A stretch of 63,603 nucleotides of DNA, counting the filler, from Octopus bimaculoides (taxonomy: Eukaryota): assembly GCF_001194135.2 (NCBI RefSeq). It is 6 parts of 6 records of this genome, joined end to end, with 100 filler letters (N's around TTAATTAATTAA, not from the genome) between each part and the next. Parts side by side here need not be neighbours in the genome. Positions count along the whole stretch, not along the records: positions 46,676 to 56,595 come from NC_068982.1; positions 56,696 to 61,921 come from NC_068985.1; positions 62,022 to 63,603 come from NC_068987.1; 3 more parts are not named here. One strand, written 5' to 3'. The notes under the pieces are model-generated. The model saw only the letters and a list, made by a program, of their open reading frames with translations, was not told the DNA's origin and did not search any database. Shown one piece after another: positions 50,686-63,364 of the stretch. The position numbers and the translations under genes are program-made. Numbering within the stretch: position 1 is the first letter of the stretch; every line of letters begins with the position of its first letter.

Positions 50686-50772
<87 letters not shown>

Positions 50773-51647
50773 NNNNNNNNNNNNNNNNNNNNNNNNNNNN
50801 NNNNNNNNNNNNNNNNNNNNNNNNNNNNNNATATCTGCGTTAGCATCATTTGTTTCAATTCTACATTCTTTATCAACGTATCTTCTTATTAATACTGTCA
50901 ATAGCAACAATATTTTTATAGTCATCATAACTAAAAAATAAATATCAATAGTGATGAATTTATAAAAACATAATATATAATTTTCAAATATTGTAGCCTG
51001 CGCTTTATTCATGATTATGTTTTTAGAAACTAGAGATTTCAAATAACTTAAATATTGATCATATTTTATTCATACTAACAATGTGATATTCATGTAATTT
51101 CTTTCTTTGTTTGTCAATAAATAATGATGCCGGCTTTAGAATTTAGTGAAAGAAAATTGATTATCCCTTATAAAAAGTATGATGCATGAGTATGTGGGAT
51201 TAAATCTAAATTAATATTTTTATTTTTTTTTATTTTTCAGATCATGTGTTCATGACAACAAAGAGACTGACTTGCAAACTAATAAGGCCAAAGGGAATTT
51301 AAAATCAAATAGAGTGTAAAACGATATTTTCTCATTAGCTGCTGCCACAAGCAATAAATGTCTTGAAGTAAATGCCTGAGTACAGTCAGAACGTATGTAA
51401 AGAAATTCTTTAAGGATGCACCTATGATGTTATTACGGCAAATAAGTTTACATATAGGTTAAGCTGTCAAAAGCACAGCGGGTTCAATAAATAACTAACG
51501 ATATTCTTAACCGAGAATAACAATAAAAACTATTTTATTTTAATGTTATATTAATTGTAACTGTTAGAAATGACTAACAGATATGACACCTGTCACGGAG
51601 AAAGAGAGAAAGAAAGAGAGAGAGAGAGATAAAAAGAAAGAGAGAGA

Positions 51648-51697
<50 letters not shown>

Positions 51698-52889
51698 TAC
51701 ACACGTACTGATACATGCGCACATTCGTACATACATACCCACTCACACATAGAAGCATACACAAACAACACACACAGACACACAGACATCTGTACATGAT
51801 GCTTAATCTGAAAATATGGTGAAGAGGCACAATAATAGCGGTATTCATCTGGATATAATAAATCTCTTATGGGTGTACCACGTTTGTAAACCCAAATAAT
51901 CAGAAACTGAATAGAGTTGACTAGCGGCAGGGGTGATATTGGTAAATGTGCATTTCTTAGCTCTGGGTTTTGTCAGTACCATGCCCTCCCTAACAATCGC
52001 ATATTAACAAAAATTCATTGCTACTATACTAGGTAAAAATTTTTACAAGTAGATGTCTGACTGAATGAAAATCCATTACATGCAAAAGAAGCAAATACAT
52101 AGCTAAAAGGCAAATTACCAGCGATATTCTTCCGGAAATAAAATTTCTTATTGACGTACGCAGTTTAAGAACACAGATATATAATTTCCTGTGGCTGTAC
52201 GATAGGGCAAAACCACAACATCTCAAATATGCTGTACATAGATACCACTCACTGGCCCTATACAACAAAACAAATCTATTTAAAAGAAAATATCGCGTAG
52301 ATATATGAGGAGTTGCAGTATCAATTATCAACACCCAAAGATGCCTTGTAACAATACAAAACAATTCCTGGAAACATCCAGATTTATTGTCCACTTCCCA
52401 GATTAGAATCAAGACACATAAAATCTTACATGAAACATAAACATTCTACAGGCTCTCAAACTGTGATGTGATATACACCAGAAACAATACATGCAGACCA
52501 ACAGGAACTAACGCATCATATACAAGACCACCCAGACAACCAATGTTGTGGATTCTAACTAAATGTACAGACGCACGGGAATAAAATAAACAGTGGAAAG
52601 AGTGCTCTGCATCCAGACTGTCACGATGCTCTACGTTCAATTCATCACCGTATGTCGGAAAGTGTTGTTTGGTACTTGGCTAACTATAGATACGGTTATA
52701 TTTTCATCGGTTTTACTGACTACCTCTCGTTATTTATCAAGCAGTATAAAGGACGACAAGAAATATAGCACACGATGCATTATTACAATAAAAATAGCAA
52801 TAATAATGGTTTCTCCTACGCTATTAGTCCATTGTTATTAATAGTCTTCTATAATTCTGCTTTACACATTAAACACCATGTAATCCTCG

Positions 52890-52959
52890 TCCACTAAAAA
52901 ACGTTTTAAAGTGGTGCTGCGGCCATGCCAGGCACCATTTTAAAACGTTTTTTAGTGGA
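52890..52959. other. 70-nt hairpin at the 3' end of a SINE
   Basis: 29-bp stem (27 Watson-Crick pairs plus 2 G-U on the plus strand) with a 12-nt loop. Confidence 0.9.
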
Positions 52960-53085
52960 GGAAATCGACTCCAGGACTTATTCTTTGAAAGCCAAGCTTT
53001 CGGTCACTTTGCCGAACCGCTATGTTACAGGGGGCATGAACACAGCAGCAAATGTTGTCAAGCGATGGTGGGGCAATAACACAGA
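52918..53085 (-). mobile_element. SINE family C 3' part, cut by a gap
   Basis: TGCGGCCATGCCAGGCACC...AAATCGACTCCAGGACTTATTCTTTG...GCCGAACCGCTATGTTACAGGGG...TTGTCAAGCGATGGTGGG. Confidence 0.75.
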
Positions 53086-55161
53086 NNNNNNNNNNNNNNN
53101 NNNNNNNNNNNNNNNNNNNNNNNNNNNNNNNNNNNNNNNNNNNNNNNNNNNNNNNNNNNNNNNNNNNNNNNNNNNNNNNNNNNNNNNNNNNNNNNNNNNN
53201 NNNNNNNNNNNNNNNNNNNNNNNNNNNNNNNNNNNNNNNNNNNNNNNNNNNNNNNNNNNNNNNNNNNNNNNNNNNNNNNNNNNNNNNNNNNNNNNNNNNN
53301 NNNNNNNNNNNNNNNNNNNNNNNNNNNNNNNNNNNNNNNNNNNNNNNNNNNNNNNNNNNNNNNNNNNNNNNNNNNNNNNNNNNNNNNNNNNNNNNNNNNN
53401 NNNNNNNNNNNNNNNNNNNNNNNNNNNNNNNNNNNNNNNNNNNNNNNNNNNNNNNNNNNNNNNNNNNNNNNNNNNNNNNNNNNNNNNNNNNNNNNNNNNN
53501 NNNNNNNNNNNNNNNNNNNNNNNNNNNNNNNNNNNNNNNNNNNNNNNNNNNNNNNNNNNNNNNNNNNNNNNNNNNNNNNNNNNNNNNNNNNNNNNNNNNN
53601 NNNNNNNNNNNNNNNNNNNNNNNNNNNNNNNNNNNNNNNNNNNNNNNNNNNNNNNNNNNNNNNNNNNNNNNNNNNNNNNNNNNNNNNNNNNNNNNNNNNN
53701 NNNNNNNNNNNNNNNNNNNNNNNNNNNNNNNNNNNNNNNNNNNNNNNNNNNNNNNNNNNNNNNNNNNNNNNNNNNNNNNNNNNNNNNNNNNNNNNNNNNN
53801 NNNNNNNNNNNNNNNNNNNNNNNNNNNNNNNNNNNNNNNNNNNNNNNNNNNNNNNNNNNNNNNNNNNNNNNNNNNNNNNNNNNNNNNNNNNNNNNNNNNN
53901 NNNNGTGACAGTCTGTCATGGTTCACTGGTTTTTGGGACTGGTTTTGTGCACATCTCTATGTGTGTGTATATATGTGTGTTTGTATGCATGCATGCCCAA
54001 ATATTCATATACATACACATTATATATATATATATATATATATACACGCACACACACACACACACTCATACATACGTACGTACATTTACACACAGAGACA
54101 TATGTGTGTATGAGTGTAAATTTTTACTTTATATGCATGTGAGAAAGTAATCGCAAATTCTCTCTTAATTTGAATTTTAGGTCTAGATTTCTTAACGTTT
54201 TCATATTTATTATGAAAGCTAATTTTAATATTATATCTTGTGATACTTAATATTTTTTGGTGGTGGGGTTGGTCACATTTCTTTTTACAAAGAATGTAGA
54301 CTTTAATAATATAGTATACTTAATCCATTATTCAGCTGTAATCTATTTTATTGGACACACGAAATGCAAATGTTCAAGCAGCGTGTTCTTAGATGTAGCA
54401 CGTTTACTATAAACATTATGATATACGAAGTAAAATACCCGATTTACACATGCATACTAATCGAAAGGTTCATTATTTGATAGTCAGAAGTAGTTAAATC
54501 ACGTCTGTATTCTATCTGATGTTACAACAAATTTATACTGTGTGGCTCACGTCATTAAACACTGTAATTTATTCTGTTATTTTAAATGTTTAAGTATTTT
54601 ATTTAACCATTGGGGACTTTTTCTCACCATTTTTCTATTTGGCAGCTGCTGAGTCGTTTCTACTGACAAAGTTTTTGTTCACGCGTACGTGATTATAAAA
54701 AGGATGTAGGAACTATTAATAAATAAGATTCGTGTAATTTAAATCGACGCTTGATTAGTGGCAGAATGTCCATCTCACCCAATGTAGTTCGTAGTCCAGT
54801 ATATGAGTAGTGGGACTAGTTGCACCTCTGTATAGACAGAGTTAATTCATAATCATGAATATTTATTCAAATTATACGAAAATGGCAGCGTCTATGAGCT
54901 GATCTCTAATTTCGTTTTAACTCCATTTGCTTCAGAATCTATTATTTAGTATACTTCTGATGTAAGGAGGCAATTCATTTCACAGACCTAGTACAAATGT
55001 AACAACACAATTAGCCATCATATGGGCCACTATATTTCTAATTCCTATACGGACTTCGGAATAATTACTTAAATATGATGTTACTTGAAAAGTCTTATTT
55101 TGACACCCAACAAATATAATGGGTGTCATGATATTTTTTTCAAGTACCATAATTTTTGTCA

Positions 55162-55470
55162 TCTTACTATAATGGGCGTTATGTTCGCCTGTCTATGTGT
55201 CCGTCTCTTTGTCTGTTCCCTCTTCACGGCCAGACAGCTGGATGAATGGTTACGATATTTTTCGGGATTACAAAGACGGTTGTCAGGAAAGTTTTTAGCA
55301 TTAAAAAGTCAGAAAGCATGATTATTTCTTGGGTATCGATTCTTGAATTAATAAACTACCTCCACATTTTACTAAAAATTCACCGACTATGAGTAACTCT
55401 GGATTTTCATCGTACAGTTCGTGGCCCCATCGTAGATACGAAGTGGGTCGCGAGGACGGTTAATAGCAAA
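55162..55470 (+). mobile_element. Probable non-autonomous Helitron 5' end (A|TC start)
   Basis: A|TCTTACTATAAT followed by a TGTC/TGTT-rich tract and CACGGCCAGACAGCTGGATG resembles Helitron 5' termini; Helitron helicase remnants lie just downstream. Confidence 0.4.
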
Positions 55471-55684
55471 AAATAAAATGGAAAAAGTGTGTGTCAGTAT
55501 ATAGTGTGTGATTATTTACTTGTTATTGAAGCGTATCAGTCTCGAGCATGAATCGAAACGGCTAATCGAAGCGGCTGTTGTTTATATCTCAGTTTTGTCA
55601 AACAAATTAAACCACGACACCAGAACATTCAGACAATATTCGCAGAGGAAAGTGAGAGATAAGTTTTAGATCAATTTTTTGCAG

Positions 55685-56003
55685 CCCTAAAGATCTGCTC
55701 GCGCATTCACTGCACACAAGGCACAGGGCCAGACTGTAGATCATATAGGTGTATTGTACCCACTCTGATGCAGTTGTACGTTGCTATGAGTAGAGCAACG
55801 GACTCCAGTAATTTGAAAATTAGTGTCAACCTAACAGAAAATATCATCTACAAAGAAGTTTTGTAATCATATTAATATTATCGAAAGGAATATGATTCAT
55901 AATTTAAATGAGTAACTTTGTGAACTTTGAATGTATAAGAGTATAAACAAGCGTACAATAGTGTAAAAAAACTAAAATAAAAATATATCTAAATAACATA
56001 TTT
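55685..56003 (+). pseudogene. Helitron helicase C-terminal remnant plus 3' flank (copy 1)
   Basis: AFTAHKAQGQTVDHIGV/QLYVAMSRATDSSNLKISVNLTENIIYKEVL* (stop at 55864-55866). Confidence 0.85.
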
Positions 56004-56399
56004 TTCTTAATCCTCTTTATGTTGCGGTCGATGAAATGAACTGTTAAGTCGGCATGTGACATCTCAAGGTATATATTTTTCTCTGATGAGATTATGCCCA
56101 TCCCACATAAATGGAAATTTAATGCAAAAATTTGTAATTAAATTATTGAGTATTAATTGAAACGGCTCTAAGACGTAAAGCTGACCAATTTGTTAATAAT
56201 AAATTGTTATTAACTTTCTACTCTCTATTTTCTTTTCTTCATTTAACTGGATAGAAACTATGTTTAATATATACCTATTGTTTTAAGGGAATTTCATTCT
56301 CAATAATACTATGTATTGAACCAGTATTTCCTTGGATGAAGCCATCCCTTTATGACGTTAAAATAACGTCTAATTAAGTGTGTTTATATATATATATAG

Positions 56400-56595
56400 A
56401 TTGACCGTTGACTGAACACTATTCAATTTTTTTTCTCCGTGTTTTTCTCCTTGTCTCCGTATTCTTTCTGTTGAAGAGCGTAGCTCGAAACGTCAAAGAC
56501 TTTCCGTATTCCCGAGCGTCATACTAATATATACTTTTGTTATTTACACCACCTGTCCTCGTCTGTTGTTATTTTTTGTATATTCTCCCATATAT
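56400..56595 (+). mobile_element. Penelope-like terminal repeat, close copy of 7701-7896
   Basis: Nearly identical over ~195 bp, with a handful of substitutions/indels. Confidence 0.7.
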
Positions 56596-56879
56596 NNNNN
56601 NNNNNNNNNNNNNNNNNNNNNNNNNNNNNNNNNNNNNNNTTAATTAATTAANNNNNNNNNNNNNNNNNNNNNNNNNNNNNNNNNNNNNNNNNNNNAACTC
56701 CGCCAACCACCGCAAAAAAAACAAAAAAACAAAACAAAACATCGTCGAATGCATTTTGGTATATATTTAGAATGTATTTTTTTTTCTAGGAATAACGGTC
56801 ATCGTTTGCAACAACAACAATGTCAACATTTGCGATACTATCAAGATTTGCGATACTATCCCTTTATTTCTCATCGTAG

Positions 56880-57220
56880 GTGGGCAGATTCCTAAAGATT
56901 CTGCTCGCATATTTACAGCAAAAAAGGTACAGAGCCAGAACGTTAGATCGTGTAGGTGTATTTTTACCCACTCCGATGTTTACACACGGCCAGTTATACG
57001 TCACTGTGAGTAGAGCAACGGACTTCAGTAATTTGAAAACTAGTGTCGACCAAATAGAAAATATCGTCTATAAAGAAGTTTTGTAGTCATATTCATATTA
57101 TCGAAAGGAATATGATTCATAATTTAAATAAGGAAATTTGTGAACTTTGAATGTATAAGAGTATAAACAAGCGTAAAATAGTGTAAACAGCTAAAATAAA
57201 AGTATAGCTAAATAACATTT
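56880..57220 (+). pseudogene. Helitron helicase C-terminal remnant plus 3' flank (copy 2)
   Basis: RTLDRVGVFLPTPMFTHGQLYVTVSRATDFSNLKTSVDQIENIVYKEVL*; the 3' flank aligns with 55867-56003. Confidence 0.88.
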
Positions 57221-58887
57221 NNNNNNNNNNNNNNNNNNNNNNNNNNNNNNNNNNNNNNNNNNNNNNNNNNNNNNNNNNNNNNNNNNNNNNNNNNNNNNNN
57301 NNNNNNNNNNNNNNNNNNNNNNNNNNNNNNNNNNNNNNNNNNNNNNNNNNNNNNNNNNNNNNNNNNNNNNNNNNNNNNNNNNNNNNNNNNNNNNNNNNNN
57401 NNNNNNNNNNNNNNNNNNNNNNNNNNNNNNNNNNNNNNNNNNNNNNNNNNNNNNNNNNNNNNNNNNNNNNNNNNNNNNNNNNNNNNNNNNNNNNNNNNNN
57501 NNNNNNNNNNNNNNNNNNNNNNNNNNNNNNNNNNNNNNNNNNNNNNNNNNNNNNNNNNNNNNNNNNNNNNNNNNNNNNNNNNNNNNNNNNNNNNNNNNNN
57601 NNNNNNNNNNNNNNNNNNNNNNNNNNNNNNNNNNNNNNNNNNNNNNNNNNNNNNNNNNNNNNNNNNNNNNNNNNNNNNNNNNNNNNNNNNNNNNNNNNNN
57701 NNNNNNNNNNNNNNNNNNNNNNNNNNNNNNNNNNNNNNNNNNNNNNNNNNNNNNNNNNNNNNNNNNNNNNNNNNNNNNNNNNNNNNNNNNNNAATCCAGG
57801 CCTTGTGCCTATAATAGAAAGGTTTATTAGCTACTGCCAATATGCTTCAGCCATTTTTTGACAAGGAAATAATAATTTTATCACCGCCAGAATCGTTTGA
57901 GAATCGTTTGTTTACGTAGTCAGCACTTAATGTATTCGGCTGAATGGACGTCAGTCATTGGTTGAAATTACAGAAATACGACAACTTTAACATGAAATAA
58001 ATTGCAATATAATAATTTTTCTTAAGAAGACTAAGAGAAAAAGATGTTTTATATGACACATTCTACCAGTGTCCCAAGTTTCAAAGTGTTTCGTTAAGAA
58101 AATACTGGTGCCCCCGTTTTGAACTAGATCCAGGTCTGGCTTTCATTAGGAGTGGTCCACATAACCATTTATGATACAGAGGCTGGGAGCCTATTTCAGT
58201 TTGGGGAGTGAATCGTCATCACATGCCATTTAGTCGGAAACACATGTCATATAGCTGCAATAGAATGCTGTATCACCAACATTAATGTGATTTCTCTAAG
58301 ACATCACCCAGTAATCTCTCAAGTCCATTTACCCATTTCTCAATACGTACCTCTGTTAATGACTTCCCTCCCTCATTTTATGCCTCCATCGTAGATGGGT
58401 AGATTTGCTAGTATAAGAAAGAGCAACAGTTCGGTTTAATACTATATAAACCACTGCTTAAGAAGGCATTCATTTTTACTCTTGAGGAGATACAGTACAT
58501 AACTGCACCTCCTCAAAGATAAAAGTATTGTATGACAGCTTATATAAGCATTAACGCAATAAATACATAGTTATGAATAACTTCATAGCAATAACGGACG
58601 AAGGAAATGAAGCAATGTTTTTTTTCATGTTAATACTAATAAAAGCTGTTGTTTTTTAATATATTCATTTCCTCCCTTCAGGAGATACAGAAATATATGG
58701 AAACAAATGTACTGTTGCCAAATTATGATCCGTTAATAATAGAAATATAAAAGAAATGTCTCTACTTTTACAATGTTTTGATAATTTTACTGAGTTATTG
58801 CCTCTTCAATATCTGTTCGACTAACACACACACACACAATTACATACTTATATATGTGTGTGTATGCGTGTGTACATGTACGAATTA

Positions 58888-58923
<36 letters not shown>

Positions 58924-58968
58924 ACTCTTCTCCGTAATTCTCCTTCGGGTTTGTTTACAAACTTATAA

Positions 58969-59009
<41 letters not shown>

Positions 59010-59406
59010 AAACAAGAAGAACGGACCTTAAATAAATTTCAAAAACGAAACATGGAATATTTAACACAACTTACATCTAGGGACTACTAGATGTTTTAGT
59101 GACTGTTCACCTCGTCAGTGGTTGTTGGGCTAAAGACAGTTGCCGGTTTAATCGCACAACATATAGTAGTTATTGATTCCACAAGCGGTTAGTATTTCCA
59201 TTGACCAGGAACGGTAAAACGAACAATAAAATAACAAGCATGTGTGTTACCCTCACCCCAAACTCCACATATTTGGCCACTTTGTGAAAATTAGACTTTG
59301 TGCTTACAAATCATTCTTTTTTCTGTGATCACAAATAAGGAGAGTGGATCTAACTGGTTTCAGAATTTACTAATTCCTCATCAGAGATATGTTATTTGTT
59401 TCTGTC

Positions 59407-59469
<63 letters not shown>

Positions 59470-59832
59470 NNNNNNNNNNNNNNNNNNNNNNNNNNNNNNN
59501 NNNNNNNNNNNNNNNNNNNNNNNNNNNNNNNNNNNNNNNNNNNNNNNNNNNNNNNNNNNNNNNNNNNNNNNNNNNNNNNNNNNNNNNNNNNNNNNNNNNN
59601 NNNNNNNNNNNNNNNNNNNNNNNNNNNNNNNNNNNNNNNNNNNNNNNNNNNNNNNNNNNNNNNNNNNNNNNNNNNNNNNNNNNNNNNNNNNNNNNNNNNN
59701 NNNNNNNNNNNNNNNNNNNNNNNNNNNNNNNNNNNNNNNNNNNNNNNNNNNNNNNNNNNNNNNNNNNNNNNNNNNNNNNNNNNNNNNNNNNNNNNNNNNN
59801 NNNNNNCACACACACACACACACACACACACA

Positions 59833-59869
<37 letters not shown>

Positions 59870-59871
<2 letters not shown>

Positions 59872-60006
59872 CGGGCTTATTTCAGTTTCCGTCTGCCAAA
59901 TTCATCCACAAAGCTTTGGGTCAGTCTGAGGCTATCGTAGAAGACACTTGCCCATGAATTCGGAATCATGTGGTTGCAAAGCAAGCTTCTTAGCATACAG
60001 CCACGC
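59870..60006 (-). mobile_element. SINE family C 5' half running into (CA)n
   Basis: Minus strand GGCGTGGCTGTATGCTAAGAAGCTTGCTTTGCAACCACATG...GGGCAAGTGTCTTCTACGATAGCCTCAG...GGCAGACGGAAACTGAAATAAGCCCGT. Confidence 0.8.
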
Positions 60007-60094
60007 CTGTGTGGAACTTCTGCTAAATTTTCAGGTACTACTATCCCAAACCACGTGTTCCTGTCTACACGCGCGCATACACACACACTAGTTC

Positions 60095-60408
60095 ACGCAT
60101 TGTTGTTGGCTCTCCGTCGAGGGTTCCAGTTGATCCGATCAACGGAACAGCCTGCTCGTGAAATTAACGTGCAAGTGGCTGAGCACTCCACAGACACGTG
60201 TACCCTTAACGTAGTTCTCGGGGATATTCAACGTGACACAGTGTGACAAGGCTGACCCTTTGAATTACAGGCACGACAGAAACAGGAAGTAAGAGTGAGA
60301 GAAAGTTGTGGTGAAAGAGTACAGCAGGGTTCGCCACCATCCCCTGCCGGAGCCTTGTGTAGCTTTAGGTGTTTTCGCTCAATAAACACTCACAACGCCC
60401 GGTCTAGG
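60095..60408 (-). mobile_element. SINE with the family E body but a different 3' tail; tRNA head missing
   Basis: 60278-60408 aligns with 41264-41395; 60095-60277 does not resemble 41145-41263. Confidence 0.8.
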
Positions 60409-60409
60409 C

Positions 60410-60600
60410 AAGTTCACACATACAAAGAGCTCTAAACATCATTAAACAGCGCATTACTTCCTGAACCAATCAAATCATCTTACTCTGCCTCTCAAATCCA
60501 AGTGAGAACTCTTTCCCACATCAAATGACCTCTGTGATCATCTAACTAATCTCCAAGATCAACGCCCGACACTATACTCTCCCCAAAATAAATTACCCGC
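60410..60600 (+). mobile_element. Possible decayed LINE RT fragment
   Basis: SHIQRALNIIKQRITS* resembles the post-YADD LQ.AL..I..W region of non-LTR RTs; short and weak. Confidence 0.22.
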
Positions 60601-61828
60601 TATATTTTAAACTAAACACATCAACCAACGATAAAAACAAAGAAAAATAAAACCTATATGATTTTGTTGATCTAGAAACCTAAATATACATAACAATATA
60701 TTCCGTTATTATCGCAGTCTGAAAAATCGAAAGACGAAATGGGCGCTAAGCGAACAATTGCCTTTTCATTGTAGCAAATAAATATTATACTCTTCTTAAC
60801 TATCTTGAGTTCTCATAGTTGGCTCTACGCCTGCACAGTACGCAAAACCTACTCATTTACACACAGAAAGACAGACACACATAGTTGTATAGAAAAACAC
60901 CTCCTCGCAGTTTGTAGCACACGAAAAATGTGCATGTGTGTGCGTATGAGTGTGTTTATATATAATGCGTATGGGAAGACGTATATGTATACATTTGTGT
61001 GAGTGAAACAGTGTGTGTGTGTGTGTGTGTGTGTGAATCTATACGCGTGTACTAAGACAATATTAAGCTTATATTAATGATTGAGTGACGAAATTCCGGA
61101 AACACAATGAGATTTCCGGAAAAAATACCAGGAAATAATTTGAAAACAAGCAAAACGTTGTTCAAATAAGTATTTTTATAAGAATAACATTAACTTTTTT
61201 TTTAAACCAGAAAACACCACACTTTAAATACATTTGTTATTTTATTACTAGCAAAAACTTCAGAGCCAAGGATTGGCGAAACTGTTAAAGACGTGGCCAA
61301 ACTCTTATATTCTGTAGTGTTTAATTGCGCTCGTTTCTCTTTTCCGTTTGAATTCCACCAAACTAAACTTGTTTTTCTCTCTTTCCCCGAGTGTGACTTT
61401 ACTAATAGTCAAACATTGCAGTCGATTAAATCCTCGACTAACTCACCACTTGACATCAAATGTGTAGTCATATACAAGGATGTGCGTGTGAGAGAGAGAA
61501 AGAGAGAGTGTGTTGCGATATAAATTTAATTGCACGACAAATAACTGGTATTTAGAACTTGCGTATTCCTGTATATCCGAAAGGAAACTGTGAGGGAGAC
61601 TCTTTTTAAAGTCCGAGTTTGATTTGGTTGAACTTGCAGAGTTCGAGCACACGGCAACATAATATCTCCTCCACTATTTAAGTATTACGTGTCAAAAGTG
61701 AAACAAAAACACTCATGTCAAATACTTTCACTTTAAAAATGAAACTATTCCACTAACTGAAACAATCACATTTCGATACTGTAATGACAGATACTTTCAC
61801 AGAGAGAGAAAGAGAGAAAGAGAGAAAG

Positions 61829-61863
<35 letters not shown>

Positions 61864-62021
61864 TGTATATGTATACATATACATGTATATGTACACCATT
61901 TCGATACTGTAATGACAAATANNNNNNNNNNNNNNNNNNNNNNNNNNNNNNNNNNNNNNNNNNNNTTAATTAATTAANNNNNNNNNNNNNNNNNNNNNNN
62001 NNNNNNNNNNNNNNNNNNNNN

Positions 62022-62260
62022 TTTAGAAACTATGAAAAATCGCTAATGTTCCCTTCAAACAGCTTTTGTTACATTTATTCAAACCCCAAAGAATCCCTCT
62101 CGACATATGGCTATGATTCCCCCGCCCCACTATTCCTGCTCATGATCAGAGATGCACATACTGTCAGTCACTAAGGGACATGCTCAAAGTGGTTAAGGTC
62201 AAACAACTGACAAACAAATCTGTGATACTGAGCAGAATATTTGCAATAACGATATCTCTG
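62022..62260 (+). repeat. Interspersed repeat segment, identical to 63365-63603
   Basis: 239-bp exact match, offset 1343 bp; this copy starts exactly at a gap edge. Confidence 0.92.
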
Positions 62261-63364
62261 CTTCAGCAATTCGGCAGTGAATCTGTCTTAGATGTAATGG
62301 AAAATAGATCAGTTTCCATACATTGATATCCAGGTCACAAAAGTCAAGTTTGAAGGGAACAGTAGTAATTTCCTTTGATTTCTAGATAGAAGCAAATGGG
62401 AAGTAACACTTACTGACCAAATACATAAAAAAAGGAAAGTTAGACAGTGTTATCTACATATACAAAGCCTAAAACAATTTTCAGTAACACCTCATGGTAT
62501 CTTCAGAATCCTGATTGTTTTCTCCTTGGCAGAAAACATATCAATATCTCAAAATTTTTACATAACAAACCGTATGTCCTATATTTGAGTACTGTTCACT
62601 CATCAATAAATCACCAATCAACCCAATCAGGTACGCTCTAAGCAGAAGCGAAGAAATACTTAGACTGATACGGAAAGTTTCACTTACCAACGTTTTACAG
62701 CTGCCAGTTCTCCATCAACTTGTGTGTTCTCACTGTAGTTCTATAACTACACTTATGGGTATTGTGTTCCTAAATTACTGATTGACATATACTGCACAAC
62801 CTACTTACACTCTCACATATACATGCATACATGGATATATATATACATATTACATGCACAGACACAAACGCGCACACACACATACACATACACACACACA
62901 AGCTATATTTGTTGTGCATGTGTGTATTTGTATGTATGTATGTATGTATGTATGTATGTATGTATGTATGTATGTATGTATGTATGTATACACTTTCCGA
63001 ATTATGAAAAACTTGTCAAACTAACTAATTCTGAATCGAATAGTAATAATTGTGTGACAAAAGTTTCTGGAATTGTAAGAAATATGTAAATGAACTCTAT
63101 ATTCATTATATTAAGCACTTCGCACTTTGATGCTTAGAACATGATTGAAGCCTTATAGACATACATATATACATACTCCTGCATCTATGTATATATATAT
63201 ATATAGCCTCGTCCAATAGCAATATAATAAAAGAATTTCTTAAGTACAGCTAAACAAATCGAGAGTGACATTTATATGAACAACGCACAATTAAGTACAA
63301 CCATTACACTGTGTAACACAAGTTTTGTTCTTGAGTAGCAACTGTTATTTCCTATTTGCTTACC

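Noticed and set aside
56826-56862. Short perfect tandem duplications (18 bp here; also ~20736-20775, ~29280-29313, ~57889-57910)
   Set aside because: Two-unit slippage duplications are routine and show no array or spacer structure.
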